The notes beneath the pieces are model-generated. The model had not been told where the DNA came from and did not search any database. It saw nothing but the letters and a program-made list of their open reading frames with translations. This document shows, piece by piece, positions 10,901 through 20,641 of a stretch of DNA of 64,000 nucleotides (positions within the stretch are counted from its first letter, which is position 1; every line of letters begins with the position of its first letter). The position numbers and the translations under genes are program-made. Where the stretch lies: positions 59 to 64,058 of the forward strand of contig CAYNPY010000001.1 of NCBI GenBank assembly GCA_964399195.1, in the 5' to 3' direction. The stretch comes from an uncultured Fibrobacteraceae bacterium. Lineage in GTDB: Bacteria > Krumholzibacteriota > Krumholzibacteriia > LZORAL124-64-63.

Positions 10901-11027
10901 GGTTCGGGTAGTTGATGGCCGGCAGCAGGTCCACGGGCAGGCGTTCGCGCGCCTGCCAGCCGATCAGCACCAGGCCCAGGAAGAGCATCAGGACGGCAAC
11001 GGGCCGCCGGACCGCGGCGGCGATCAT
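7950..11027 (-). CDS. RND efflux transporter permease, 1025 aa
   Basis: The track ORF starts at 11207, but the real N-terminus is MIAAAVRRPVAVLMLFLGLVLIGW at 11027. Its ATG overlaps the stop of the MFP gene by 4 bp. It has the canonical 12-TM RND layout. Confidence 0.85.
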   Translation of the reverse strand: MIAAAVRRPVAVLMLFLGLVLIGWQARERLPVDLLPAINYPNLTVITNWADAPAEDLERLVTQPLEEVITGLAGVRRVVSRTREGVSTITVQYDWGTGMDFANLHLREAIDRVSFRDDFPAGADRPLILRWDPSARPIAIMVLRGDEPLARMTEFAREVVKPALEQIQGVSQAELVGGAEREILVSPDFAKLRLYGLDMGDLADALRVANISFPGGRIRKGPLHLPLRILGEFENLDEIRRTEIPAAGAGITIGDVAQVSDTIKEPEGFTLHDGGEVVSLHLYKEIGENTIRTTEEIDRVLAVLSTQYPAFRHAFIYRDADFVQESFEGLQSSLVYGSLLAFVVLYLFLKDWRSPVVVGLAIPVSVLATFAFLYFAKVGLNLMSLGGLSLAAGMLVDNSIVVLDNINRRLGLRTGASIPDECAAGTREVAMPVVAATLTTVAVFFPVIYVPGIAGAFFRDQALTVTIALLVSILTAVLLQPMLSARLLSTPPDRPPRLLRPFDRLYEAMSERYHAALERVLARKAPFLACLAAGVAAAAWLGLGLPRTFMPERSRGDFTLAVELPAGTPLELTESTAADLAAFLARQPEVASVYTQVGVTERTLASLKEYSAANTARLRVMLVPTRHGRRDLEAVRERLQPRLDALAGTTWAFAEEGVGLREVMASGEAAFTLGVVADDPAEAVAVAGSLLPRLRRVPGLGSVDVERVLGNPTVEIAVDRERALRHGLEPDALARELRDRVQGTVATTYNEIEQRIDIAVRLPRQQRHDLDLVLGSPVRLPDGKTVPLASFVGASEGIPVREIVRRDQRRQVTISGDVEGRSVAEAWAEVRPLLAGLDTPDGVSFVAGGEQEEINASFRSLGWALLLSCVLVYMILAAQFESFLDPFIVTAVLPVGIASALAALAITGQSLNIMSLIGLIALLGVDVNDAIVKVATVRDLRAEGYGGRAALLEASRRRLRPILMTTVTTIVGLLPMALGLGTGDQMQRPLAITIIGGLGLSTVLTLFMTPALYELAHRRTDRRWD

Positions 11028-12373
11028 CGGCTTTCCGCGCCGGCGTCCGGCAGCGCCGCGGCCGCGAAGTCCCAGCGGTCGTCCGGCGGCACCCGCCGAC
11101 GGACGGAGATCTTCGCCTCGTGGGCCAGCGTCAGGTGGTCGCTGACCACCACCTCCTGCCCGGCGTCCAGGCTGCCGCCGCTGTGGACGGCCAGGATCTC
11201 CACCCACTGGTCGTTCTGCAGGCCGGTGTCGACGTACAGCCAGCGCGCGCGGTCGTCCTCGCGCTTGAAGACCAGCGGGCGATTGTCGCGCACCAGCACC
11301 GCGTCCTTGGGCACCAGCAGGCGGTCGCGGTAGACCACGCCGGCGATCTGCGCGCGCACGAACATGCCGGGGCGCAGCCGGCCGTCGGGGTTGGCGAAGC
11401 GGATCAGGATCTCGCAGGTGCGGCTGGCCTGGTCGAGCGTGGGGGAGATCACGTCCACCTTGGCGCGCAGCGTGTCGCCGGTCGCGGCCACCGCCAGCAG
11501 CACGGGGCGCCCCACGGCCAGATCGCGCAGGTCGGCCTCCAGCACGTTGACTGCTGCTTCGAGCCGGTCGTTGTTGGTCACCGCGCAGACCTGCGCGCCG
11601 GCGGCGAGGATCTCGCCGACGACCATCGCCAGGCCCTGCACGACGCCGTCGAAGGGAGCGCGGATCTCGGTGTACTCCAGGTTCAGGCGCGCCCGCTCCT
11701 CGGCCAGGCGCGCCTCGGCCAGGCCGGTGCGCTGCTGGAACACGGCCTCGCGGAAGGCGCCGTCCTGGAGCGCGCGCTTCTCCAGGTCGAGCAGCTGTGT
11801 CCGGTAGTCGTCGCGCGCCATTTCGCCGCGGTCGTGCGCGGCGGCGAGCCGGTCGCGCTCGGCCGCGAAGGCGGCGACGGCCGTCGCGTTGGTCGTGAAG
11901 GTGTCGCCCTCGGCCGCCATCTGGCTCAGCGCCGCCAAGTGGCGGTAGCGGCTCTCCTCCAGCGCCAGTTCGTACTCCCGCGGGTCGATGCGCGCCAGGA
12001 CCTGCCCGCGCCGGACGCGGTCGCCGTCGCGGACCCGCACCTCGAGCAGCGGGCCGCCGACCTTGGTCTTGACCGCGGCCGAGCGCGGCGTGCGGATCGC
12101 GCCGTCGGCGTAGACCGGCAGGACCAGATCGCCCCGCCGCACCTCGCCGACGTTCACCTTGATCGACTTCTCCTTCGCGGGCTCCTCCTCGGCGGCCTCG
12201 CCGGCCGCCGCCGCGCTGGAATCGGCGCCGGCCGCCGCGGTCGAATCGGCCGCCGCGCCGCCGCCGCCGCCGCGGCAGCCGGCCCAGGGCAGCAGCAGGA
12301 CGAACAGGAAGGCCGCCAGGAGCACGGCCGGCGCCGCGGCTCGCGCGGCCTGCAGGGGAGAAGATTGCGGCAT
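11024..12373 (-). CDS. RND efflux membrane fusion protein (HlyD/AcrA family periplasmic adaptor), lipoprotein
   Basis: A signal peptide plus lipobox (LLLPWAGC) are followed by coiled-coil, lipoyl and beta-barrel MFP domains (VPKDAVLVRDNRPLVF...). It is translationally coupled to the downstream RND gene. Confidence 0.85.
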   Translation of the reverse strand: MPQSSPLQAARAAAPAVLLAAFLFVLLLPWAGCRGGGGGAAADSTAAAGADSSAAAAGEAAEEEPAKEKSIKVNVGEVRRGDLVLPVYADGAIRTPRSAAVKTKVGGPLLEVRVRDGDRVRRGQVLARIDPREYELALEESRYRHLAALSQMAAEGDTFTTNATAVAAFAAERDRLAAAHDRGEMARDDYRTQLLDLEKRALQDGAFREAVFQQRTGLAEARLAEERARLNLEYTEIRAPFDGVVQGLAMVVGEILAAGAQVCAVTNNDRLEAAVNVLEADLRDLAVGRPVLLAVAATGDTLRAKVDVISPTLDQASRTCEILIRFANPDGRLRPGMFVRAQIAGVVYRDRLLVPKDAVLVRDNRPLVFKREDDRARWLYVDTGLQNDQWVEILAVHSGGSLDAGQEVVVSDHLTLAHEAKISVRRRVPPDDRWDFAAAALPDAGAESR

Positions 12374-12395
12374 GTCCGGCCTTCCGTCGGGATGG

Positions 12396-13613
12396 TTACG
12401 ATTCCAGCTTGTAGCAGGTGATCTCGAGGTCGCTGCCTTCCTCCTCGGCGCCGCCGGCGACCGCCTGCTGGCTCAGGAACGAATCCAGGGCCCCGGTCAC
12501 CACGACCAAGCGGCCGTCGCGCAGGACGAACACGGCGTCCTGCTGCGGGTCGTGCGGACCGGGCAGCGCCACCTGCTGCTCGAACGTGCCGTCGGGAGCG
12601 AAGACGTCCAGCATGCACCAGGTCCCCTTGGGCCGTCCGGGCTGCTCGTCGCCGGTCAGCACCCACACGCGACCGTCGTCGGTGGCCCACAGGCCGGCCA
12701 CGGCCGGGGCCGTGTTCTCGACGGTGATCCGCTTCGGTCGCGTGGGGTAGTTGGCGCCGATCGCCTCGAGGATGCGCCGGGCCTGCTCCTTCTGCGCCGC
12801 GGTGCGCGGGGGCGACTGGTAGGCGCGCGTGAACTCCCGGACCGGCTGACCGTCGGGCGCGTAGGCGCGGATGCGGTACTCGTTCCGCTCGGGCGCCACG
12901 AAGAGGCGGCCGTCCGGCGTGCCCGCCAGGCGCTGCCAGACGAAGTCCATGCCCATCTCGTCCAGCGCGAAGTCTGCGTAGTCCACGCGGTAGGGCTTGG
13001 CCAGCAGCTGCTGGCGGCGCGCGCCGTCGGGGCCGCACAGGGACAGGAAGTACTCCTGGTCGCTGACCGACGAGCCGCCGAAAGTCATCGTGATGCCGGC
13101 CAGGACCATGCCGCCGGGGTGGGGCAGTCCGCGGATCAGCACGGCGAACTGCCCGGCGCCGGGCTGGCCGGTGCCGTACTTCGCCTCGCCGGCGGGCGTG
13201 CCGTCGGCCTTCACCTTGACGACACGGCCCGGGAAGCCCTGCAGCAGGCAGATCGCGCCGTCGCCCGCGATGAACATGTCGCCGGGCCTGCGGACCTCGC
13301 CGGGGCCGTCGCCCTCGCGCGCCAGGGTGCGCACCAGCGCGCCGTCGGGTCCCAGGACCTTGACCTCGGACAGGCGCGTGTCCAGCACCAGCGCCTGGCC
13401 GCCGGGACCGGCGAGCACCGCCGAGGCCGCGCCGAAGAACACGTCGTCGCTCTCGCCGCCGCGCGACCAGACCTCGGTCAGCTTGGCGGTGCGGACGCCC
13501 TTGGCGGGCTTGGCGGGGTTCTGCACGACCGGCGGCGCCGCCACGGCCGAGGTGGTCAGCAGCGCCAGGAGCACGGCCGGCGCCAGCCGCCGGAACTTGC
13601 GGGGGTTCTCCAT
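12396..13613 (-). CDS. Secreted hypothetical beta-propeller protein
   Basis: It has an N-terminal signal peptide (LLALLTTSAVAAPP) and repeated G-x-F / DG-x-[LV] blade-like segments. It ends 22 bp before the MFP start. Confidence 0.5.
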   Translation of the reverse strand: MENPRKFRRLAPAVLLALLTTSAVAAPPVVQNPAKPAKGVRTAKLTEVWSRGGESDDVFFGAASAVLAGPGGQALVLDTRLSEVKVLGPDGALVRTLAREGDGPGEVRRPGDMFIAGDGAICLLQGFPGRVVKVKADGTPAGEAKYGTGQPGAGQFAVLIRGLPHPGGMVLAGITMTFGGSSVSDQEYFLSLCGPDGARRQQLLAKPYRVDYADFALDEMGMDFVWQRLAGTPDGRLFVAPERNEYRIRAYAPDGQPVREFTRAYQSPPRTAAQKEQARRILEAIGANYPTRPKRITVENTAPAVAGLWATDDGRVWVLTGDEQPGRPKGTWCMLDVFAPDGTFEQQVALPGPHDPQQDAVFVLRDGRLVVVTGALDSFLSQQAVAGGAEEEGSDLEITCYKLES

Positions 13614-13794
13614 GGGGGATCCTTTCAGCCGGGCGCGCCCGGACGGATGGCGAGTCTACACGCCCGGTCCACTTCTTCTTCATGCCGCGTGAGGCGGCGG
13701 CCAGGCCCCGGCGTCCCCGCCGGAGACGCCGGGGCACCATACGGAGCCGGCGCCGACGGGTTGCCGTCCCGCCGCCGGGGCCGGGCGCCCCGGT

Positions 13795-15918
13795 TCAGCG
13801 GCCGGCGCCGGCCGCGGCCAGCGCAGCTTCCCACAGGCAGACGCGATCGGCCACCTGCGTGAAGGCGGCGCCGCCCGCCACGTCGATCGACTGCAGTTGC
13901 CAGCCGCGCGCCCGCAGTGCGGCGCCCAGCGCGCGGCCGCCGCCGGCGGCGGCCGTTTCCTGCCTGCACTCCACCCACGTGACCGGCAGCCCCGGCGGGG
14001 GCGGCGGCACCGCGCGGTCGGCCGGCCAGGGTCCGAGCGCGCCGCCGACGAACAGCTGCAGTCCCGCCAACGGAGGCTGGCCGCCGGCGGCCAGCTCCAG
14101 CGCGGGCGCCACGGCCGTCAGTTGCGCGGCCAGCAGGCCGGCGCCGGCGCCGAAGCGGGCGCCGGCCCAGCGCAGGCAGGCGTCAAGCTCGTCGGCGCGG
14201 TCGGCCGCAGCCGGCGCGATCACGAACACCGGCCAGACCTCGCGCCCGCCCGCCGCCGGCAGCGCGCCGTCGCCGCCCGCGGCCAGGAAGCGCAGCACGC
14301 GCTCGGCCAGGCGCGGCGCGTCCGCCTCGGGATGGCCGGCCAGGACCACCGGGCGCAGCGGCGCCTGCGGCGGCCGGCCGGGCGGCAGCACCAGACGGCA
14401 GAGCCGGTCGGCGCCGCCGGGCCCCGGGTAGACGAAGGGCGCCAGACCTTCCTCCGGCAGCAGCGACCCGGACTGCCCGAACCGCGCGAGCATGAGGTTG
14501 AGGTCCGCCAGCGTCGTGGCCAGGGCGCCCGGGTCGCGGCGCCCGCGATGGGCCTCCACCGCGGCCTCGATGCGCTCGAGGAAGTAGCGGGCGGTGGGCT
14601 GTTCGTCGGGCGGCAGCGGCCTGATGGCGTCGAGGTAGGCGGTCTGCCAGTCGGGACCCAGGTTGAGCAGCCAGGTCGCCCACTCGACGCGCTGGCCGCC
14701 GGGCAGCACCAGCCCGGCGCTCACGTGGCACGGTCCCGGCCGCAACCGGCCGAAGTCGACCGCCCGGTTCAGGCGCGTGACGCCGGCATCCAGAGCAACG
14801 TCCTGCGGTCCGGCGGCCTCGGCGGGCAGCAGCGGGTTGCCGTCGCTGTCGCTGAAGGCGAGGGTGAGCGTCCCGGTGCCGGCCGCCGCGCTGACGGCCA
14901 CGAGATTCACGGCCACCTGGCCGCCCTTGACCAGGGTGGCGGACGTGCGGCCGGCGAACGAACCCGGCGCGGCTGACGCCGTCTCGCACTCCAGGCGGGC
15001 GGTCAGGTGCCGCGCTTCGCCGGCGCGCGCGAGCACGCGCGCGGGCATCAGGCGCGGGCCCGGACTCCCGCCGCGGCCGACCAGCGCCACGTTCAGGCCC
15101 AGCTCGGCGTCGACCAGCGGGTGGTAAGGGGCCAGCGCGGTCCACGGGATCGAGACGTCGATCACCAGGCGGTCGCTGCCGGCGCCGCGGATCTTGGGCG
15201 CCAGTTCGCGGACCCGCTGCCAGGCGCCGACGGCCGGCAGGAAGACAGCGCCGACGCCGGCGTTCTTCTCCAGGCCGAAGCCGAAGACGAAGGCGTCGGC
15301 CGTCTCGCCGGAGCCGTCGCCCGCAGCCGGGCCCAGCACGACCAGCAGGCCGCCGCTCCCGCTCCAGGGCGCCGCCTCGCCGGCCGGCAGCCAGCGGCCG
15401 CGCTCGTCGGGAGCCTCCAGGCGCAGTTCCAGGTGCGAGGAACGCCAGGTCACCGTCACCCGTGATCCGTCCGGCGCGCCGTCGCCGGGAGCGGGCTCCA
15501 GCGGGAGCGTCGCGGCCACGCCCTCGACGAGCCGGACGCCCCGGCGCGCGCTCATCTGCGCGCGGCGCTCCCTTTCGTCGGCCAGCAGGCGCGCGAGCCG
15601 GGGCGCCGCGTCGCCCAGGCGCAGATCGGGATCGGCGGTCGCGTGCGCCAGGTCGTCGTAGCCCGCCGCCAGAGCGGCGCGCAGCGAGGCGACCGCGCGA
15701 TCGCCGTGGCCGAGCCGGTTCTCCAGGCAGGCCTGGTTGTACAGGAGCAGCGGGTCGCCGGGCCGGGCCGCCAGTTCCCGCTGCAGCGCGGCCAGCGCCT
15801 CGGCCACGCGCCCGGCCCGCTGCAGTTCGGCGACGCTCTCGGTCTGCGGCGCCGACGCCGGAGCGGACGCGGCCGCCACGAGGGCGGCGAACAACAGCAG
15901 CTGCGCGAGACGTCTCAT
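13795..15918 (-). CDS. Secreted hypothetical protein with N-terminal TPR-like region and C-terminal putative alpha/beta-hydrolase-like domain
   Basis: The track ORF extends to 16146, but the signal peptide begins at MRRLAQLLLFAALVAAASAPASA (15918). The product is about 707 aa. The domain assignment is weak. Confidence 0.5.
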   Translation of the reverse strand: MRRLAQLLLFAALVAAASAPASAPQTESVAELQRAGRVAEALAALQRELAARPGDPLLLYNQACLENRLGHGDRAVASLRAALAAGYDDLAHATADPDLRLGDAAPRLARLLADERERRAQMSARRGVRLVEGVAATLPLEPAPGDGAPDGSRVTVTWRSSHLELRLEAPDERGRWLPAGEAAPWSGSGGLLVVLGPAAGDGSGETADAFVFGFGLEKNAGVGAVFLPAVGAWQRVRELAPKIRGAGSDRLVIDVSIPWTALAPYHPLVDAELGLNVALVGRGGSPGPRLMPARVLARAGEARHLTARLECETASAAPGSFAGRTSATLVKGGQVAVNLVAVSAAAGTGTLTLAFSDSDGNPLLPAEAAGPQDVALDAGVTRLNRAVDFGRLRPGPCHVSAGLVLPGGQRVEWATWLLNLGPDWQTAYLDAIRPLPPDEQPTARYFLERIEAAVEAHRGRRDPGALATTLADLNLMLARFGQSGSLLPEEGLAPFVYPGPGGADRLCRLVLPPGRPPQAPLRPVVLAGHPEADAPRLAERVLRFLAAGGDGALPAAGGREVWPVFVIAPAAADRADELDACLRWAGARFGAGAGLLAAQLTAVAPALELAAGGQPPLAGLQLFVGGALGPWPADRAVPPPPPGLPVTWVECRQETAAAGGGRALGAALRARGWQLQSIDVAGGAAFTQVADRVCLWEAALAAAGAGR

Positions 15919-16163
15919 CCGCGGTGGCTCCTTGCCCGGGGACCGGCGGGGGCGGGCCCGGCGCCGTGCAACCCCCGGCCGGAGTATACGGTTCCGCGGC
16001 CGGCGCCGGCCATCACGTTGTCGGTTCGCCGCTTTTCCTGTATGATGAGAGCCACAGCCTGGTCCAACGATCCATCGCACTCGCGCCGCGCATCCCCGGA
16101 TGCCGCGGCTCCGGCACGAACGGCGGCTCCGCCGGGAAGCCGCCACGGCGAATCGAGGACACC

Positions 16164-17096
16164 ATGGCGATCATCCCCTTCCACATCGTCGATGCGTTCG
16201 CCTCGCGTCCGTTCACGGGCAACCCCGCCGCGATCATCCCGAACGCGTCGTGCCTGACCGAGGCCGAGATGCTGCAGATCACCGGCGAACTGTCGATGGA
16301 GGCGGGCTTCGTGCTGCCGCCGGAGAACCCGCGCGCGGACCTGAAGCTGCGCTTCTTCACGCGGCGGCGCGAGGCGGCCCTCAGCGGCCACGTCGTGATC
16401 GCGGCCTTCGCCTCGATGGCCGACCGCGGCTTCTACCGGCCCACGCCCGAGGGGGTCGACCTGGTGGTCGAGACCGGCGCCGGCATGCTGCCGGTGCGCC
16501 TGCAGCAGGCCGCCGACGGCCAGGCGCTGGTCACGTTGCGCCTGCCCCGGCCGCGTTTCGGCGAGCTGGTTCCCGCGGCCGAGGTGGCGGCCGCCCTCGG
16601 CGTGCCCGAGGCGATGATCGGCCTGGACGGCTGCGGGCCGCAGCGCGTCAGCTGCGGATTCGACCAGGTGGTGGCGCCGGTCTGCGACCGGCAGGCGATC
16701 CGCGGCGCGGTGGGTTCCATCGCCGCGATCGGCGACCTGATCGACCGCCGCGGCGTGGGCGGGCTGACGCTGTTCTGCCCGGACACCTACGGGCAGGCGG
16801 CTGATTTCCACTGCCGCTTCTTCCACCCGCGCGTCGGCGCCGACGAGGACGTGGCCAGCGGCACCGCGCTCGGGGCGGTGGCCGCGTACGTCGTGGAGCG
16901 CGGGCTGCTGCCGGCCGCCGAGCACGTGCGCATGGTCACCGAGCAGGGGCATTCGCTGGGCCGGCCGAACCTGGCCGAGTTGACGGTGCACGCGCCGGCC
17001 GGCAAGGTCGCGGCGGTCGACCTGACCGCAGGCGGCGCCGTGGTGATGCGCGGTTCGTTCCACTTCCAGCGTCAAGCGGCCGTGGTCGGCGCCTGA
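16164..17096 (+). CDS. PhzF family phenazine-biosynthesis-like isomerase
   Basis: The protein starts MAIIPFHIVDAFASRPFTGNPAAII and has the characteristic PhzF/DapF-like fold motifs. Its ATG at 16164 lies inside the longer track ORF 15462..17096. Confidence 0.8.
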   Translation: MAIIPFHIVDAFASRPFTGNPAAIIPNASCLTEAEMLQITGELSMEAGFVLPPENPRADLKLRFFTRRREAALSGHVVIAAFASMADRGFYRPTPEGVDLVVETGAGMLPVRLQQAADGQALVTLRLPRPRFGELVPAAEVAAALGVPEAMIGLDGCGPQRVSCGFDQVVAPVCDRQAIRGAVGSIAAIGDLIDRRGVGGLTLFCPDTYGQAADFHCRFFHPRVGADEDVASGTALGAVAAYVVERGLLPAAEHVRMVTEQGHSLGRPNLAELTVHAPAGKVAAVDLTAGGAVVMRGSFHFQRQAAVVGA

Positions 17097-18430
17097 TGCC
17101 CGGTCGGGCGGTCGCGCGGGCGCCGGTGGCGGCGGCCTGGCTGGCGATCGCCGCGGCGGGCTGCGGGTCGCCCGGGGGCGAGACCGGCGGCCCGTACCTG
17201 GTGGAGGTGCGCGACGAGGCGACGGGCCTGGCGGTGGCCGGCGTGAAGCTCGTGCTCATGGACGCCGCGGCCAACCTGCCGCTGGCCGGCCCGGTCGACA
17301 GCGATGCGGCCGGGCCCGTCGCGCTCGACGCCGGCCCGGGCGTCGGGCTGCCGCGCCTGGCTGTCTTCGGCGGCGCGGACTGGGTGGTCCTCGACCAGCC
17401 GGACTGGCGGGGCGCGCTCCGGCGCGCCGGCCGCCCCGCCCGCGCCGGGTCGGCCGCCGCCCTCGCGCCCCCGTTCGCGCCGGCGGTGGTGAACACGGTC
17501 CACGTGGGGCGGCGCCGCAACCCCGGCGGCCCGCCGGTGTTCAGCGGCACGGTCGTCGATGCCGGCACCGGCGCGCCGCTCGAGCGGGCTTTCGTCTCGT
17601 TGTCGCCGTGGCCCGTGGCCTACGGCGGCGGCGGCGCGCCGAGCGACGACGTCACCGGTCCGGACGGGCGCTTCCTGGTGCGCGACATTCCCGTGGCGAT
17701 GTTCGGCGATACCGGCACCGGTTTCCAGGTGCTGCCACTGGTGGTCGCGCGCCCCGGCTACCGGACGGCCTTCGTGGTGCACGACCCGCCCGGCGGCCTC
17801 GACGCGACCGAGGTCACCGGCCTGGTCGTGGCCCTGATGCCGGTGGACGCGGCGGACACGGGCGCGCTGCGCGGCCGCGTCCTGCGGGCGGGCGCGCCCG
17901 TCGCCGGCCTCGTCGTCGCCCTGGCGCCGTTCGGGGCGAAGGGGGCCGTCGGCGCCGCCGGTCTGGCTGCGCTCACTGGCGCCGACGGCCGCTTCGCCTT
18001 CAGCGGACTGCCTGCCGGCAGCTACCGCGTGCACCCGGGATTTCTCGTGGGCGACGGCGCCTGGTACGGCGGCGGCCCGGCGGTGGCCGTGGGCGCGGGC
18101 GCCGATGCCGACGCGGGAGACGTGCCGGTGCTGCACGAGATCGTCGCGCTGCCGCCGAGCCCCACCCGCCTGGCCGCCGGCGACACGGTGGCGACCTTCG
18201 CCTGGACGGAGGTCCCCGGCGCCGCGCGCTACGGGCTGTTCCTGGGCGGGGAACTGGTCGCCGAAGCGACGAACGCGAGCCTGACGCTCGCGCTGCCGCC
18301 GCTGGCGCCGGGGCGGCACGCCTGGGAGGTCTCCGCGGTCGACGCGTCGGGAAGGCCGGCCGGCGCCATGCAGGTGTGGGCCTGGTTCCGGCAGGAGCCG
18401 CCGGAAGATCCGCCCGACGGCGCGCGCTGA
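17096..18430 (+). CDS. Lipoprotein with repeated carboxypeptidase-regulatory-like (CarbopepD_reg) beta-sandwich domains
   Basis: The start ATG overlaps the phzF stop (TGATG). The lipobox is AIAAAGCG. GTVVDAGTGAPLERAFV and GRVLRAGAPVAGLVVAL...GADGRFAFSGLPAGSYRV repeats are present. Confidence 0.55.
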   Translation: MPGRAVARAPVAAAWLAIAAAGCGSPGGETGGPYLVEVRDEATGLAVAGVKLVLMDAAANLPLAGPVDSDAAGPVALDAGPGVGLPRLAVFGGADWVVLDQPDWRGALRRAGRPARAGSAAALAPPFAPAVVNTVHVGRRRNPGGPPVFSGTVVDAGTGAPLERAFVSLSPWPVAYGGGGAPSDDVTGPDGRFLVRDIPVAMFGDTGTGFQVLPLVVARPGYRTAFVVHDPPGGLDATEVTGLVVALMPVDAADTGALRGRVLRAGAPVAGLVVALAPFGAKGAVGAAGLAALTGADGRFAFSGLPAGSYRVHPGFLVGDGAWYGGGPAVAVGAGADADAGDVPVLHEIVALPPSPTRLAAGDTVATFAWTEVPGAARYGLFLGGELVAEATNASLTLALPPLAPGRHAWEVSAVDASGRPAGAMQVWAWFRQEPPEDPPDGAR

Positions 18431-18432
18431 GT

Positions 18433-19632
18433 TCAGCCGCGGACCAGCTGCGCGGTGTCCCGCGCGATCATCAGCTCCTCGTTCGTCGGCACGATCATGA
18501 TGCGGACGCGCGAGCTGGATTTGCTGATGATCGACTCGTCGTGGCGCGTGGCGTTCTTGAACGGGTCCAGCGCGGCGCCGATGGCGTCGAGACCCTTGCA
18601 GGCCCACTCGCGGATCAGCGAGGCGTGCTCGCCGACGCCGGCGGTGAAGATGATGGCGTCGACCCGCCCGAGCGCCACCGCGTAGGCCCCGATGTACTTG
18701 CGGATGTGGTAGGCGTACGTCTCCATCGCCAGCCGCGCGCGGTCGTTGCCCTTGGCGTACTCGCGCTCGACGTCGCGCAGGTCGCTGCTGATGCCGGAGA
18801 TGCCCAGCAGGCCGCTCTCCTTGTTGAGGATCTTCTCCACGCCGTTGAGATCCAGGTCCAGCGTGCGCGACAGGAACCCGACCAGCGCGGGGTCGATGTC
18901 GCCGCTGCGCGTGCCCATCATCAGGCCCTCGAGCGGGGTTAGGCCCATCGAGGTGTCCACCGACTTCCCGCCGCGCACCGCCGCCACGGAGGCGCCGTTG
19001 CCGAGGTGGCAGCTGATGAAGTTCAGGTCGGCGATGTCGCGCTCGAGCATCTGCGCCGCCCGCGCGGTCACGTAGCGGTGGCTGGTGCCGTGGAAGCCGT
19101 AGCGCCGGATGCGGTGCTCCGTGTAGAGGTGGTAGGGGATGGGGTAGATGTAAGCCTTGTCCGGCATCGTCTGGTGGAAGGCGGTGTCGAACACGCCCAC
19201 CTGCGGAACGCCGGGCAGCACGCTCAGCGCGGCCTCGATGCCCGTGATGTTGGCCGGGTTGTGCAACGGCGCCAGCGGCACGCACTCGCGCAGGGCGTCG
19301 ATGACGTCGTCGGTGATGACCACCGAGGCCGAGTAGCGCTCGCCCGCGTGCACGACGCGGTGCCCGATGGCCGAGATCTGCGCCAGCGACTCCAGGACGC
19401 CGTACTCCGGGTGCAGGAGCGCCGCCAGCACCAGCTCGCAGGCGCGAGCGTGGTCGGGGATGGGCAGCTCCTCCGTCACGGCGGGTTTGCCGGCCGGACT
19501 GAAGGTATGAATGCCCTGGGCCAGACCGATGCGCTCGATCAGGCCCTTGGCCCGCTGCGTCTCGCCGTCCATCTCCATGAGCTGGTACTTCAGCGAGCTG
19601 CTGCCGCAATTGATCACCAGGACGTTGAACAT
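18433..19632 (-). CDS. ackA: Acetate kinase
   Basis: The product reads MFNVLVINCGSSSLKYQL... and carries HLGNGASV and VPTNEELMIAR. These are canonical AckA motifs across the full length of 399 aa. Confidence 0.95.
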   Translation of the reverse strand: MFNVLVINCGSSSLKYQLMEMDGETQRAKGLIERIGLAQGIHTFSPAGKPAVTEELPIPDHARACELVLAALLHPEYGVLESLAQISAIGHRVVHAGERYSASVVITDDVIDALRECVPLAPLHNPANITGIEAALSVLPGVPQVGVFDTAFHQTMPDKAYIYPIPYHLYTEHRIRRYGFHGTSHRYVTARAAQMLERDIADLNFISCHLGNGASVAAVRGGKSVDTSMGLTPLEGLMMGTRSGDIDPALVGFLSRTLDLDLNGVEKILNKESGLLGISGISSDLRDVEREYAKGNDRARLAMETYAYHIRKYIGAYAVALGRVDAIIFTAGVGEHASLIREWACKGLDAIGAALDPFKNATRHDESIISKSSSRVRIMIVPTNEELMIARDTAQLVRG

Positions 19633-19645
19633 CGCGCGCGCGACC

Positions 19646-20641
19646 TCAGGCGCTCTGCAGCGCGGTGATGGCGGCCACGTTGACGATGTCGTCGACGCTG
19701 CAGCCGCGCGACAGGTCGTTGACGCCGCGGGCCATGCCCTGCAGCACCGGGCCCACGGCCTCGGCCCCGGCCAGCCGCTGCACCAGCTTGTAGCCGATGT
19801 TGCCGGCGTCGAGGTCCGGGAAGATCAGCACGTTGGCGCCTCCCGCCACGGCGCTTCCCGGCGCCTTGCGCGAGCCGATGTCCGGCACCAGCGCGGCGTC
19901 GGCCTGCAGCGGCCCGTCGACGGCCAGTCCGGGCGCCTTGCGGCGCACGATCTCCAGCGCGGCCACGACCTTGTCGACGTCGGCGCCGCTGCCGCTGCCC
20001 ATCGTGCTGAAGCTGAGCATGGCCACCTTCGGCTCGAAGCCGCACAGCGCCTTCGCCGTGGCGGCGCTGGCGATGGCGATGTCGGCCAGCTGCTCGGGGT
20101 CCGGCTGCGGGTTGACCGCGCAGTCGCCGAACACCAGACGACCCTCGTCGCCGAACTCCCAGCCCTCCTTGACCATGACGAAGCAGCTCGAGACGATCGA
20201 CGTGCCGGGCGCCATGCCGACGATCTGGAAGCCCGCCCGCAGCACGTTGCCGGTCGAGTTGACCGCGCCGGCGACCATGCCGTCGGCCAGCCCCCGGCGG
20301 ACCAGCATCGCGCCGAAGAACAGCGGGTCTTCCAGCGTGCGGGCCGCTTCACTCTCGGTCATGCCCTTGTGGCGGCGCAGCTCGAAGTACTCGCGCGCGA
20401 ATTCGGCCCGGTAGGTCGAGCGGGCCGGGTCGATCACGCGCAATCCGGCCGCGTCCAGCCCCAGCGCGGCGGCTTTCGCGGCCACGTCCGCCTCGGCCCC
20501 CAGCACGACGACGTGGGCGAAGCCCTCGTCGCGGATCCGGGCGGCGGCCTTCAGGGTGCGGTCGTCGAGCAGGCACTCGGGCAGGACGATCGTCCTGCCC
20601 AGGCGGGCGGCCCGCGCGCGCAGGGTGGCGGTGAAGTCCAT
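19646..20641 (-). CDS. pta: Phosphate acetyltransferase (short form)
   Basis: The product is [23 protein letters not shown]...[17 protein letters not shown]. It contains the PTA_PTB domain and lies immediately upstream of ackA. Confidence 0.9.
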   Translation of the reverse strand: MDFTATLRARAARLGRTIVLPECLLDDRTLKAAARIRDEGFAHVVVLGAEADVAAKAAALGLDAAGLRVIDPARSTYRAEFAREYFELRRHKGMTESEAARTLEDPLFFGAMLVRRGLADGMVAGAVNSTGNVLRAGFQIVGMAPGTSIVSSCFVMVKEGWEFGDEGRLVFGDCAVNPQPDPEQLADIAIASAATAKALCGFEPKVAMLSFSTMGSGSGADVDKVVAALEIVRRKAPGLAVDGPLQADAALVPDIGSRKAPGSAVAGGANVLIFPDLDAGNIGYKLVQRLAGAEAVGPVLQGMARGVNDLSRGCSVDDIVNVAAITALQSA

